From positions 92,153 through 156,152 of the forward strand of contig JAYTOU010000031.1 of the NCBI GenBank assembly GCA_043747615.1: a stretch of DNA of 64,000 nt, in the 5' to 3' direction. The translations under genes were made by a program, and so were the position numbers. The first letter of the stretch is position 1, and every line of letters begins with the position of its first letter. Below, piece after piece: positions 30,796 through 40,509 of this stretch. The stretch is from Myxococcales bacterium. GTDB lineage: Bacteria > Myxococcota_A > Polyangia > Polyangiales > Polyangiaceae. Below the pieces are notes generated by a model. That model did no database searches and was not told the origin of the DNA. It saw only the letters and a program-made list of their open reading frames with translations.

Positions 30796-31021
30796 CTTGC
30801 AATCGTATCGACGAACGCTGTGGGCGAGGCATTCATTCTCAGGGGGGCTGCGTGACGCACAGATTCGCCGCTGCTTGGGTGACGCTTCCGGTCTCAGCGA
30901 CCACGAGGAACACGCGCAGCAAATTCAGATCAAGTTCGATCGCATGACCACTCCTCATGCAACGGTCGGCGCGATCGCGGATCTCGTGAAGAAGGGCCAT
31001 GTCCGAGCCGCGCTCCGATGA

Positions 31022-31999
31022 TCAACGTCCCTTGCCCCGGATCGCTGCGATCGCTGCATCGAGATCCGTCCAGGTTGCGACCACACGAACCGCGGCGTCG
31101 TCCAGCTTGACCTCGGCCGCAGCCCCCCCGCCGAGCCAGATTGGCACCCGACGCGGGAGCTCAGCGAGCATCCAGTTAATGTGCTTCGCCGTGGCTTTCA
31201 GGTCGGACGCGCCCGTGACGAGCAGCCCCACCGCGTCGACCGCGTGACTGTGAGCCGCCTTGACGATTTGCTCGGCGGGCGTGTCGACGCCGAGAAGCCT
31301 GGGGGTGATCTGACAGACGGCCAAGTACACCTCGATCATTTCGAGCCCCAGGCCGTGGCGCTCGTTTGAAAGTGTCGCCAAAAGAACCCGGGGGGCGCCT
31401 TCGCGCTCTTCGTAGGCCGACATGAGCACCCGAAGTTGCGACGACAGACACTCGCTCAGCACGTGCTCGTGCCGCACCTCGAGCTTTCCCTCGCCCCAAA
31501 GCTCCCCCACGCGCAGCGCGATCGGCTGCGCAATCTCCATCACGAAGCGCTTCGGCCCAAGCACCACGGCGGCCTGCCGTAACTGGGCTCGAAGGGCGCC
31601 TATGTCGTCACGACCGAGGGCAGAGACGAGTGAGTCGACGGTCGCGATCGGCCCAACCATGGTCGCAAGACCTTGCGACGTAGCCCGGACCACCTTCAAG
31701 AGCTCCTGGCGCGGTTTTCCGACGACCTCGCCAGGACGATGTCCAAGCTCGAGGGCGCGAGAGATGAGCTTCAGCAGCTCGACGTCCGCGTCGGAGAAGA
31801 CGCGACTGCCGCCCTCGCTGCGCTCCGGTTTCGGGAAGCCGTAGCGCCGTTCCCACATGCGCAGTGTGTCGAGCTCGATTCCGGTTAGCCGTGACGTCAC
31901 GCGAATCGTGTGCCGCGAAGCATCGGGCTTGGCCGTTCCTCGGGGCGTGGGCACCCGCTTCGCGCGCTTGCGTACAGGCTTCGCGGCGGATCGGTTCAT
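31022..31999 (-). CDS. CarH/CarA-like MerR-family cobalamin-binding regulator 1
   Basis: [16 protein letters not shown] wHTH, W-x9-EH ([12 protein letters not shown]), ERHGLG B12 motif, WLGGG. Confidence 0.92.
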   Translation of the reverse strand: MNRSAAKPVRKRAKRVPTPRGTAKPDASRHTIRVTSRLTGIELDTLRMWERRYGFPKPERSEGGSRVFSDADVELLKLISRALELGHRPGEVVGKPRQELLKVVRATSQGLATMVGPIATVDSLVSALGRDDIGALRAQLRQAAVVLGPKRFVMEIAQPIALRVGELWGEGKLEVRHEHVLSECLSSQLRVLMSAYEEREGAPRVLLATLSNERHGLGLEMIEVYLAVCQITPRLLGVDTPAEQIVKAAHSHAVDAVGLLVTGASDLKATAKHINWMLAELPRRVPIWLGGGAAAEVKLDDAAVRVVATWTDLDAAIAAIRGKGR

Positions 32000-32019
32000 G
32001 CTGCGCTCGGGGAATCGGT

Positions 32020-32047
32020 TTGACTAACTATGGACAGATGTTAGACG
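32020..32047 (+). promoter_or_regulatory. CarH-type operator: three direct repeats at 11-bp period
   Basis: TTGACT (32020), TGGACA (32031), TAGACG (32042) in the divergent intergenic region. Confidence 0.8.
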
Positions 32048-32060
32048 CAGAGCCACCACA

Positions 32061-33485
32061 ATGAAAGCCCTTTTGTCAGGACCCGTCGTCGTCATCGGCG
32101 GGGCCAGCGGATTTATCGGCACGGCGCTCGGCGCCGCGCTCTGCGAGCGGTTTCGGGTGATCGGGCTCTCACGCCGCGCTCAAGAACCGGGCGGTTCGTT
32201 TTCGGAGTGGCGGGCAGCCGATCTCCTGAACTTCCGCCAGGCAGAGACCGCGCTTCAGGGCGCCCGTTATGCGGTCTACCTCGTGCACAGCATGATGCCG
32301 TCCGCACGCCTCACGCAGGCGTCGTTCGCGGATCTGGATCTCCTTGCGGCGGACAACTTCGGGCGTGCGGCTGCCCGCGCGGGCGTCGAGCAGATCGTGT
32401 ATCTGGGCGGCCTCGTACCTGAAGGGGACAAGCTGTCTCCTCACCTCGAGAGCCGACGCGAAGTCGAGGACACGCTCGGCCGTCACGGAGTCCCTGTCAC
32501 GACCCTGCGCGCGGGGTTGGTGATCGGGGGAGGGGGCTCGTCCTTCGAGATTCTGGTGAAGCTCGTCGAGCGACTTCCCGCCATGATTTGCCCCAAGTGG
32601 ACGCAGAACCGGATGCAGCCGATCGCGATTGGCGATGTCGTGAAGTTGCTAGCCTTCGTCGTCGGCCGTGGTGACTGCTTTGGCGAAACCTTCGATGTCG
32701 CCGCCCCCGAGGTGCTGAGTTACCGCGAGCTCATGACGATGTGCGCCGAGCAGATGGGCATACAGCGGACCATGATTCCCGTGCGCTTCTTCTCTCCGGG
32801 ACTCTCTCGACTCTGGGTTTCGTTGGTCACGGGGGCGCCGGGCGCGCTGGTCGGCCCCCTCGTGGAGAGCCTGAAGCACGAGATGATCGCACGAGATCAT
32901 CGCCTCGCGGACCTGGCCGGATTGACTCCGCAGCCGGTGCGGGAAGCGCTTGCGGCCGCGCTTGCGGAGGGTCGGCAAGCACAAGGACGAGCCCCGCGCA
33001 CCGGACCTGCATCGATCGTCCGGTCCGTGCAGCGCATGCTCCTCCCGCGAGGACACGATGCCGCGTGGGCCGCTTCGGAGTACGCGCGCTGGCTGCCTCG
33101 AGCACTTCGTGGTCTTGTTCGCGTCGCGGTCGATTCAGAGGAGAACATTTGCTTTTTCTTCTCTACCCTCCGCACGCCGCTCCTCGTTCTTCGCCACTCG
33201 CCTGAACGAAGCACCCCCGAAAGACAGCTCTACTTCCTCGACGGCGGCCTCCTGTCACGCACAGGAGCCGGTGGGCGGTTCGAGCTCCGGCAAGTGCTCG
33301 ACGGGCGGACGATGCTCGTCGCGATCCACGACTACGCGCCGCGCCTTCCCTGGCTCGTGTACATCCTGACGCAGGCAAAGTTCCACGCCTGGGTCATGGC
33401 AGCGTTCCGTCGTCACCTTGGCCGGATTGCGATCGTCGAGCGGAGCCTCGAGTTGGCATTGGCGCCTCACGATCGGCAGGTTTGA
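32061..33485 (+). CDS. NAD(P)-binding epimerase/dehydratase family protein (YbjT-like) with C-terminal extension
   Basis: GASGFIG, AVYLVHSM, IVYLGGL, SPHLESRREVE, QPIAIGDV. Confidence 0.85.
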   Translation: MKALLSGPVVVIGGASGFIGTALGAALCERFRVIGLSRRAQEPGGSFSEWRAADLLNFRQAETALQGARYAVYLVHSMMPSARLTQASFADLDLLAADNFGRAAARAGVEQIVYLGGLVPEGDKLSPHLESRREVEDTLGRHGVPVTTLRAGLVIGGGGSSFEILVKLVERLPAMICPKWTQNRMQPIAIGDVVKLLAFVVGRGDCFGETFDVAAPEVLSYRELMTMCAEQMGIQRTMIPVRFFSPGLSRLWVSLVTGAPGALVGPLVESLKHEMIARDHRLADLAGLTPQPVREALAAALAEGRQAQGRAPRTGPASIVRSVQRMLLPRGHDAAWAASEYARWLPRALRGLVRVAVDSEENICFFFSTLRTPLLVLRHSPERSTPERQLYFLDGGLLSRTGAGGRFELRQVLDGRTMLVAIHDYAPRLPWLVYILTQAKFHAWVMAAFRRHLGRIAIVERSLELALAPHDRQV

Positions 33486-33509
33486 CAAAACTTAGACAGT
33501 GCCTACTTT
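33482..33509 (+). promoter_or_regulatory. Internal sigma70-like promoter overlapped by CarH-type repeats
   Basis: TTGACA (33482), TAGACA (33493, +11), TACTTT -10-like at 33504 (16-bp spacer). Confidence 0.65.
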
Positions 33510-33516
33510 GAAGGGT

Positions 33517-33909
33517 ATGAAACCGTTCGACGTCGAGGTGTTCTTTGATGGTGAGTGCCCCCTCTGCATGCGCGAGATCAACATGCTTCGCCGGCGAGAT
33601 CGCGCCAACCGAATCATCTTCACGGACATCGCCGCGCCGAGCTTCGACGCCGCCGCGGTTGGCATCGACTACCCCACCCTCATGAAGCGCATCCACGCCC
33701 GCCTGCCGAGCGGTGAGCTCATCGAGGGGGTAGAAGTGTTTCGACGGCTCTACGGAGCCATCGGATTCGGTGCGCTCGTGGCGCTCACGCGCTTGCCCGT
33801 CGTCTCTCAACTGCTCGACCTCGCGTACGAGTTGTTTGCGAAGAATCGCCTTCGGCTCACCGGTCGGTGCTTGAAGACTGAAGGCGGCTCGTGCGCGGTG
33901 AGTCCCTAG
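33517..33909 (+). CDS. DCC-family (DUF393) thiol-disulfide oxidoreductase
   Basis: [17 protein letters not shown]...[24 protein letters not shown]. Confidence 0.88.
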   Translation: MKPFDVEVFFDGECPLCMREINMLRRRDRANRIIFTDIAAPSFDAAAVGIDYPTLMKRIHARLPSGELIEGVEVFRRLYGAIGFGALVALTRLPVVSQLLDLAYELFAKNRLRLTGRCLKTEGGSCAVSP

Positions 33910-33910
33910 C

Positions 33911-34849
33911 TTAGCGCTGCAGGCGACCGATCGCCTCGTCGAGCCCGGCCCAGTCTCGCACGATGACGAGACCTTCTACGTCACCGTCGAGGTTCCACGC
34001 GCCCGCCCCACCAGCCCAGATCGGCACACGTCGCGGGAGCTCGGTGAGCATCCATCGAAGCTGCGCGCCGACCTTCTTCAGGTCTGCGGGGGGCATGACG
34101 GCAATGCCGACGGCGTCGGAGCGGTACGCGCGGGCTGCCGCTACGATTTGCTCGGGCGGCGTCTCGACACCGAGCAGACGAGGTGTGGCGTGGCTCGCCG
34201 CAATGACCACGGCGATCATCTCGAGCCCCAAGCTGTGGGGTTCGTCGGGTAACGTAGCGAGGAGGACGGACGGACCGGCGTCGGAGTCGTGATAGGCAGC
34301 CAAGAGCACGTGAAGCTGGCGCGATAAGCACTGGGTAAAAACGTGTTCGTGGCGCACTTCGAGCTTTCCGTCCACCCAGAGCTCACCGACTCTCACGCTC
34401 GCCGGATGTGCCATCTCCTCAACGAAGCGCTTCGGCCCGAGGACAGCGGCCGCCTGTTTGAGCGCGTTCCGGAGCAAGCTCACGTCATCGCTCGCCAGTG
34501 CGTGGAGCACCTCGTCGACCGTGGGGAGTGCGCCGACGCCCGGAGCGTTCGTGGTCATCCCTTCCAGAAGTCGCTCCAGCTCGGCTGCGGGCTTTTCGAC
34601 GACTTCGCCGGGTCGGTAGCCCGCGTGCAGTGCGGAACGTATGAGGAGCAGCGTCGTGAGATCCGACTCCAAATACACGCGACTCCCGTTGTGGACGCGC
34701 GTTGGTTTCGGGAAACCGTAGCGGCGCTCCCACATCCGTAGCGTGTGCGGCGCAATGCCGCTGAGCCGAGAGATCACTCGGATCGACATCGTGGAAGCGG
34801 CCACCTCGCCCTCGGTCACCGGAAGAACGGGCTCTCTCGTTCTAGGCAT
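33911..34849 (-). CDS. CarH/CarA-like MerR-family cobalamin-binding regulator 2
   Basis: [40 protein letters not shown]; start uncertain. Confidence 0.92.
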   Translation of the reverse strand: MPRTREPVLPVTEGEVAASTMSIRVISRLSGIAPHTLRMWERRYGFPKPTRVHNGSRVYLESDLTTLLLIRSALHAGYRPGEVVEKPAAELERLLEGMTTNAPGVGALPTVDEVLHALASDDVSLLRNALKQAAAVLGPKRFVEEMAHPASVRVGELWVDGKLEVRHEHVFTQCLSRQLHVLLAAYHDSDAGPSVLLATLPDEPHSLGLEMIAVVIAASHATPRLLGVETPPEQIVAAARAYRSDAVGIAVMPPADLKKVGAQLRWMLTELPRRVPIWAGGAGAWNLDGDVEGLVIVRDWAGLDEAIGRLQR

Positions 34850-34860
34850 GCGTGGAGTAT

Positions 34861-34902
34861 TGTCCAAGTTTTGTCTAAGTCAACGTTGACAAGTGTTAGA
34901 CG
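34861..34902. promoter_or_regulatory. Bidirectional CarH-type operator
   Basis: Minus-strand TGGACA/TAGACA (34861, 34872), plus-strand TTGACA/TAGACG (34886, 34897), central palindrome GTCAACGTTGAC (34879-34890). Confidence 0.8.
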
Positions 34903-34954
34903 GGTGTTATTCATCCTTGAGCAGCTGACCGCTCAGTCCAAGGAGACCACGACC

Positions 34955-35482
34955 ATGAACACTGTCCTTCGCACCTTCGTCCTCGTTCCTTCCCTTCTCG
35001 CCGCCCTCGCCGTCGCCGCATGCGGAGGTGCCCAGAACGACGTTCAAGCAACCACGCCGACCAGCACGCAAGCACAGTCGGACATCGTTGACACGGCCGC
35101 AGCGGCCGGTTCGTTCAAGACGCTGGTCGCTGCGGTGAAAGCCGCCGATCTCGTCGACACGCTGAAGGGGCCGGGCCCGTTCACCGTCTTTGCCCCGACC
35201 GACGAGGCCTTCGCCAAGCTTCCGGCGGGCACCTTGGAGAGTCTGCTCAAGCCCGAGAACAAGGCGAAGCTGCAGTCCATTCTCACCTATCACGTCGTGG
35301 CTGGTCGCGTCGGTTCCGACCAAGTGGTTCACATGACGTCGGCCAAGACCGTGCAAGGTAAGGACCTCAAGATCTCGCAGAACGCGGGAACGGTCATGGT
35401 GGACGGAGCCAAGGTCGTGAAGACCGACATAGCGTGCTCCAACGGCGTCATCCACGTCATCGACGCCGTCCTCATGCCCTAA
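34955..35482 (+). CDS. Fasciclin (FAS1) domain lipoprotein
   Basis: Lipobox [40 protein letters not shown]; aggag RBS. Confidence 0.95.
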   Translation: MNTVLRTFVLVPSLLAALAVAACGGAQNDVQATTPTSTQAQSDIVDTAAAAGSFKTLVAAVKAADLVDTLKGPGPFTVFAPTDEAFAKLPAGTLESLLKPENKAKLQSILTYHVVAGRVGSDQVVHMTSAKTVQGKDLKISQNAGTVMVDGAKVVKTDIACSNGVIHVIDAVLMP

Positions 35483-35529
35483 TCGTTCGCGCAGGCATAA
35501 ATTCAAGGCACCAGAAGGAGAGGGTCGTC

Positions 35530-36081
35530 ATGAGCCGATGGAGTCAAGCCGGGCTGTTCCTCGTTGGGGTGAGCATCGCGGGAGTGGGCTGCGTGCGCGC
35601 CGTTCGCCCGGACGGAGGGACCGGGCTCCTTCCGGTGGGGGCGGCGGCTCCCGACGTCACGGGCACCATGAGTGACGGCAAGGCCATTCACCTCTCCTCC
35701 GTTCGCGGTCACTCAGCCGTCGTGTACTTCTACCCGAAGGACGAGACGCCCGGCTGCACGCGCGAGGCGTGCGCGTTCCGAGACGCGTTCACGAAGTACG
35801 ACGCACTGCACGTGACGATCTTCGGTGTGTCGCGCGACTCGGAGAAGAGCCACTCCGAGTTCCGGGCGACGCACAAGCTGCCCTTTCCTCTCGTTGCAGA
35901 CGAAGAGGGGAACGTGGCACGCGCCTACGGCGTCTCGAGCATGCTCGGTATGGCTTCTCGCGTCACGTTCCTCGTCGGATCGGATGGTCGGGTGCTGCGA
36001 GTCTGGCCCGACGTCGATCCGGGCGTTCACGCCGACGAAGTGCTTGCGGCCGTGCACGACGCGGATAAGGGCGCGCCATGA
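35530..36081 (+). CDS. bcp: Peroxiredoxin, BCP/PrxQ type, with lipoprotein-like leader
   Basis: YFYPKDETPGCTREACAFRD, GVSRD, RVTFLV; leader ends GVGC. Confidence 0.88.
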   Translation: MSRWSQAGLFLVGVSIAGVGCVRAVRPDGGTGLLPVGAAAPDVTGTMSDGKAIHLSSVRGHSAVVYFYPKDETPGCTREACAFRDAFTKYDALHVTIFGVSRDSEKSHSEFRATHKLPFPLVADEEGNVARAYGVSSMLGMASRVTFLVGSDGRVLRVWPDVDPGVHADEVLAAVHDADKGAP

Positions 36082-36560
36082 TCCACGTGCTTGAGCGCGA
36101 GCAAATCGTTCCACGTCCGATCGCGGAGGTATTCGGGTTCTTCTCCGACGCAGCCAATCTCGGGCGCCTCACGCCCCCCAGCCTCCACTTCCGGATTCTC
36201 TCTCCTATGCCGATCGTGATGCGCTCTGGCGCCGTGATCGACTACCGGCTTTCCCTCTTCGGCGTACCCTTTCGGTGGCGCACCCTTATCGACTCTTTCG
36301 ATGAGCCCCGGCAATTTACGGACGTTCAGCTGCGCGGGCCGTACCGCTCTTGGCGCCACGTGCACGAGTTCGAGTCGGTGGCGGGCGGAACACGAATGCG
36401 TGATCGCGTCGACTACGAGATCCCGTTTGGACCGCTCGGCGAGATCGCGCGCGCGCTCTTCGTGACCCGCCAGGTCGAAGGCATTTTCGATTTCCGTCGG
36501 ACCATCATTCAGAGTATTTTCAAGACGCGAGCCGGAGGACACCACCATGAGCATGCCTGA
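36078..36560 (+). CDS. SRPBCC/START-fold protein
   Basis: VFGFFSDAANLGRLTPP, FTDVQLRGPYRSWRHVHEF, IFDFR. Confidence 0.88.
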   Translation: MIHVLEREQIVPRPIAEVFGFFSDAANLGRLTPPSLHFRILSPMPIVMRSGAVIDYRLSLFGVPFRWRTLIDSFDEPRQFTDVQLRGPYRSWRHVHEFESVAGGTRMRDRVDYEIPFGPLGEIARALFVTRQVEGIFDFRRTIIQSIFKTRAGGHHHEHA

Positions 36561-37209
36561 GCCATCACCATTACGCGTCGACCTTGCCAGCGTTGCCAGC
36601 CTCCCGACCCAGTTCGGCGACTTCCGCATTCACGTGTTCACGAACAACCGTGATCGGAAGGAACACGTCGCCATGGTCCACGGCGAAGTTTTCGGCGCCG
36701 AATCCGTGCCCACACGCGTCCACTCCGAATGTCTCACCGGCGACGTCTTGGGCTCGCTCCGCTGCGATTGTCGGAAGCAACTCGAGCTTGGGCTCGAGCA
36801 GCTTGCAAAGGGGCAGCGCGGCGTCCTCCTCTACCTCCGCCAAGAGGGGCGGGGTATTGGCCTCGTGAACAAGATCCGGGCGTACAAGCTGCAGGAAGAG
36901 GGCCTCGATACCGTCGACGCCAATGCTGCGCTCGGTTTCAAAGACGACGAGCGTGACTATGCCGTCGGTGCGGCAATGCTGCACACACTCGGCGTCCGGT
37001 CGGTTCGCCTCCTCACGAACAACCCCGACAAGATCGCGCAACTCAACCACTACGGTCTTCGGGTGACGGGTCGTATTCCGCACGCGGTCGCGCCGACGAG
37101 GCACAACCGCCGCTATCTCGAAACCAAGGCGAAGCGGTCGGGTCACCTCCTGGATCTCTCTGAGGAACAGGGGCGAGACGGCATTCTCGAGCGCAAGATT
37201 CTCCCATGA
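36547..37209 (+). CDS. ribA: GTP cyclohydrolase II
   Basis: RVHSECLTGDVLGSLRCDC, RQEGRGIGL, LLTNNPDK, YLETKAKRSGH. Confidence 0.95.
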   Translation: MSMPEPSPLRVDLASVASLPTQFGDFRIHVFTNNRDRKEHVAMVHGEVFGAESVPTRVHSECLTGDVLGSLRCDCRKQLELGLEQLAKGQRGVLLYLRQEGRGIGLVNKIRAYKLQEEGLDTVDANAALGFKDDERDYAVGAAMLHTLGVRSVRLLTNNPDKIAQLNHYGLRVTGRIPHAVAPTRHNRRYLETKAKRSGHLLDLSEEQGRDGILERKILP

Positions 37210-38441
37210 AGATCGCGATCGTCGGTACGGGAATCGCCGGCAACGTTGCCGCCTACCTCCTGGCGGGCGAGCACGATCTCACCGTCTTCGAAAAAAACGA
37301 CTACGTCGGTGGGCACACGAACACGGTCCGCGTCGAGGCGGCCGACGGACCGCATAGCGTCGATACCGGATTCATCGTCTTCAACGAAGAGCGCTACCCG
37401 AACTTGGTGAAGCTCCTCAGCCGGCTCGGCGTGCCTTCGCAGCCCTCCAGCATGAGCTTCAGCGTGCGCTGCGACGACAACGGGCTCGAGTACTCGAACC
37501 TCTCGCTCTTCGCGCAGAAGCGCAACGCGCTCAGCCCGCGTTTCTTCCGAATGCTCGTGGACATCGTGCGCTTCAACAAGAGCTCGCGCGAGCTGCTCCT
37601 CGCGGGGGACGACCGCGTTCTGCTCGGCCCTTTTCTGGAGGAACATCATTACTCGAAGGAGTTCATCGAACGATTTCTGTACCCCATGGGCGCATCCATT
37701 TGGTCCGCGGATCCCCTTCAGATGCGCGAGTTTCCGGCTCGCTTCTTTGCTCAGTTCTTCACCAACCACCGCTTCCTCGACATCCTGGGACAGCCACAGT
37801 GGCGTGTCATCCGAGGCGGCTCGAGCGCGTACGTGGCGCCACTCACCGCGCGCTTTCGCGACCGGATCCGGCTTTCCAGCCGCGTGGCGTCGATCCGCCG
37901 CGCCAAGGACCATGTGCTCGTAACGCCGCACGGCGGAGAGCCAGAACGCTTCGATGAGGTCGTCATCGCCGCGCACGCAGACGAGGCGCTTGCGATGCTC
38001 GAGGACGCAACCCCGAACGAGCGCGAGGTCCTCGGGAGCTTCCGCTTTCAAGAGAACGTTGCCGTGCTCCACACCGACAAGAGCGTGATGCCCACGCGTC
38101 GGGAGGCCTGGGCCTGCTGGAATGCAAATGTTCCGCGGAAGGCAACGGGCAAAGTCTCACTCACGTACGATATGAACATGCTGCAGGGCCTCCGTGCGCG
38201 CGAGCAGTACTTCGTCACCCTGAACCGCACCGAGGAAATAAATCCGCGGAGTGTGCTCCGCACCATTCGCTATCACCATCCCGTTTTCTCGCGCTCTGCC
38301 GTTCTCGCGCAGCGGAGGCACGCGGAGATCAGTGGCCAGAACCGGAGCCACTTTTGCGGTGCGTACTGGGGTTTCGGCTTCCACGAAGACGGTGTGAACA
38401 GCGGGCTCGCGGTAGCCCGTCATTTCGGCAAGGGGCTCTAG
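37206..38441 (+). CDS. FAD-dependent oxidoreductase, UfaD-like fatty-acid desaturase
   Basis: IVGTGIAG, GGHTNT, VDTGFIVFN, YHHP, GAYWGFGFHEDG; next to DUF1365 and cfa. Confidence 0.88.
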   Translation: MKIAIVGTGIAGNVAAYLLAGEHDLTVFEKNDYVGGHTNTVRVEAADGPHSVDTGFIVFNEERYPNLVKLLSRLGVPSQPSSMSFSVRCDDNGLEYSNLSLFAQKRNALSPRFFRMLVDIVRFNKSSRELLLAGDDRVLLGPFLEEHHYSKEFIERFLYPMGASIWSADPLQMREFPARFFAQFFTNHRFLDILGQPQWRVIRGGSSAYVAPLTARFRDRIRLSSRVASIRRAKDHVLVTPHGGEPERFDEVVIAAHADEALAMLEDATPNEREVLGSFRFQENVAVLHTDKSVMPTRREAWACWNANVPRKATGKVSLTYDMNMLQGLRAREQYFVTLNRTEEINPRSVLRTIRYHHPVFSRSAVLAQRRHAEISGQNRSHFCGAYWGFGFHEDGVNSGLAVARHFGKGL

Positions 38442-38443
38442 CG

Positions 38444-39223
38444 ATGGAGAGCTTTCTCTACGAAGGGACGCTGCGCCATCGCCGCTTCACCGCGCCGAGT
38501 CGTTCGTTCACGTACTCGCTGTTCATGATGTACCTAGACCTCGGCGAGCTCGACGCTGTCTTCGCCCGGCGTTGGCTCTGGAGCACGAGCTCACCGAATC
38601 TCGCGTGGTTTAGACGCGCCGACCATTACGGAGATCCTTCCGTCCCGCTAGACGTCGCGATCCGCGATCTCGTGGCCGAGCGAACGGGGACGCGCCCCGT
38701 GGGTCCGATCCGTTTGCTCACGCATCTTCGCTACCTGGGTCACTGCTTCAACCCAGCGTCTTTCTACTATTGCTTCGCACCCGACGGACGTACCCTCGAG
38801 ACGATCGTGGCGGAGGTGAGCAACACCCCATGGAACGAGCGCCACATGTACGTCCTTCCCGAAGCAGAGAATCGCGGGCGGGGTGACGCCAAAGAGTACG
38901 AGTTCAAGAAGGCGTTCCACGTGTCGCCCTTCCTGGGAATGGACGCCGACTACGGCTGGCGCTTCGGAACGCCGCCCTCCCGCGACGACGACATGCTGTG
39001 GGTTCACATGCAGAACCGACAGGCGGGGTCGCGCGTGTTCGAGGCGTCGCTCACTCTCCATCGCCGTCCCATCACGGGGACCGAGCTTGCACGCGCGCTC
39101 CTAATGCGCCCCGCAATGACCGTTCAAGTCGTAGCCTCGATTTATTGGCAAGCACTCCGCCTCTGGGTGCGGCGTGCACGCTTCTATCCACATCCACGAA
39201 CCCAACCCACGAGGCAACCATGA
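38444..39223 (+). CDS. DUF1365 protein (UfaO-like)
   Basis: HRRF, FNPASFYYC, AEVSNTPWNERH, KAFHVSPF, IYWQALRLW. Confidence 0.92.
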   Translation: MESFLYEGTLRHRRFTAPSRSFTYSLFMMYLDLGELDAVFARRWLWSTSSPNLAWFRRADHYGDPSVPLDVAIRDLVAERTGTRPVGPIRLLTHLRYLGHCFNPASFYYCFAPDGRTLETIVAEVSNTPWNERHMYVLPEAENRGRGDAKEYEFKKAFHVSPFLGMDADYGWRFGTPPSRDDDMLWVHMQNRQAGSRVFEASLTLHRRPITGTELARALLMRPAMTVQVVASIYWQALRLWVRRARFYPHPRTQPTRQP

Positions 39224-40509
39224 AAGGACAGTCCCAGGCGCTCACGGCCCATCCCCTTCGCCGTGAGGAGATCGAATCGCGATCGCGATCCCTTCTCGAC
39301 CGCATCAGCCAACGAAGCCTCATCGCGCTCTTCAGCCGAATCACCCGCGGTGAGCTCACCGTGGTGGACGGCGGCGAGCGCTTCGTCTTCGGACATGCAG
39401 ACGGACTGTCGGCCACCATCACCATTCGCGATCCAGGCGCCTACCGCGCACTTCTCTTCAGCGGCACGATTGGCGCGGGTGAGGCGTACATGTCCAACCT
39501 GTGGACGTGCAGCGAACTGCCTGCGCTCGCTCGGATCTTCGTTCGTAACCTCGAGGCTCTTGGCGCCCTCGAAGGCGGCGCCACGCGAGTCGCGCGTTTC
39601 GCGGGCGAGCTCATGACGAAAGCGATCCGGCGAAATACACGCGCCGGCAGCCGTCGGAACATCGCGCGGCACTACGATTTGTCCAACGAGTTCTTCGGTC
39701 TTTTTCTGGACGAGTCGATGACCTACTCGAGCGCGATCTTCGAGAGCGACGCTACTACCCTCGAAGACGCGCAGCTGGCAAAGCTCGATCGCATCTGCCG
39801 GAAGCTGGGTCTCTGCGCCGAGGACCACTTGCTCGAGATCGGCACGGGGTGGGGCGCGCTCGCGATCCATGCCGCTCGCGCGTACGGCTGCCGCGTGACG
39901 ACCACCACGGTCTCCGCGGAGCAGCACCGCATGGCCACCGAACGGGTTCGTGCCGCCGGCCTGGAGGAAAAAATCGAGGTGCTCCTTTGCGATTACCGCG
40001 ATCTCACCGGAAAGTACGACAAGCTCGTCTCGATCGAGATGGTCGAGGCGGTGGGACACGAGTATTTGGATCTCTACTTCCGGACGTGCAGCGATCGCCT
40101 CGCCCAGCACGGTCAGATGCTCATTCAGGCCATTACGATTGCCGATCAGCATCACGAGCAGCACCGCGCCAGCCTGGATTTCATCAAAGAGTACATCTTC
40201 CCGGGAAGCTGCATTCCCTCCGTGACATCCATGGTCAGCGCCGCCACCCGCGCGACGGATCTTCGTCTCTTTCACCTCGAAGACATGACACCGCACTACG
40301 CGCAGACCCTCCGCATCTGGCGTGAGCGCTTTATGAAGAACGAAGACGCCGTGCGGCGCCTTGGCTTCGATGAGCCGTTCCTCCGAATGTGGGAGTACTA
40401 CCTCGCGTACTGCGAGGGGGGCTTCGCCGAGCGTTACCTCGGATGCGTCCACATGCTCTTCACCAAGCCAGATTCCCGGCGCGCGCCGATCCTGCCCGCG
40501 TTGCAATGA
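39220..40509 (+). CDS. cfa: Cyclopropane-fatty-acyl-phospholipid synthase family methyltransferase (Cfa/UfaM-like)
   Basis: NIARHYDLSNEFF, MTYSSA, LEIGTGWG, SIEMVEAVG, YIFPG, WEYYLAYCEGGF. Confidence 0.92.
   Translation: MKGQSQALTAHPLRREEIESRSRSLLDRISQRSLIALFSRITRGELTVVDGGERFVFGHADGLSATITIRDPGAYRALLFSGTIGAGEAYMSNLWTCSELPALARIFVRNLEALGALEGGATRVARFAGELMTKAIRRNTRAGSRRNIARHYDLSNEFFGLFLDESMTYSSAIFESDATTLEDAQLAKLDRICRKLGLCAEDHLLEIGTGWGALAIHAARAYGCRVTTTTVSAEQHRMATERVRAAGLEEKIEVLLCDYRDLTGKYDKLVSIEMVEAVGHEYLDLYFRTCSDRLAQHGQMLIQAITIADQHHEQHRASLDFIKEYIFPGSCIPSVTSMVSAATRATDLRLFHLEDMTPHYAQTLRIWRERFMKNEDAVRRLGFDEPFLRMWEYYLAYCEGGFAERYLGCVHMLFTKPDSRRAPILPALQ

Noticed and set aside
22519..30855. Long plus-strand ORFs (22519..23700, 24904..26586, 26847..28274, 29494..30855)
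   Set aside because: Arg-rich antisense shadows typical of high-GC DNA, opposite well-supported genes.
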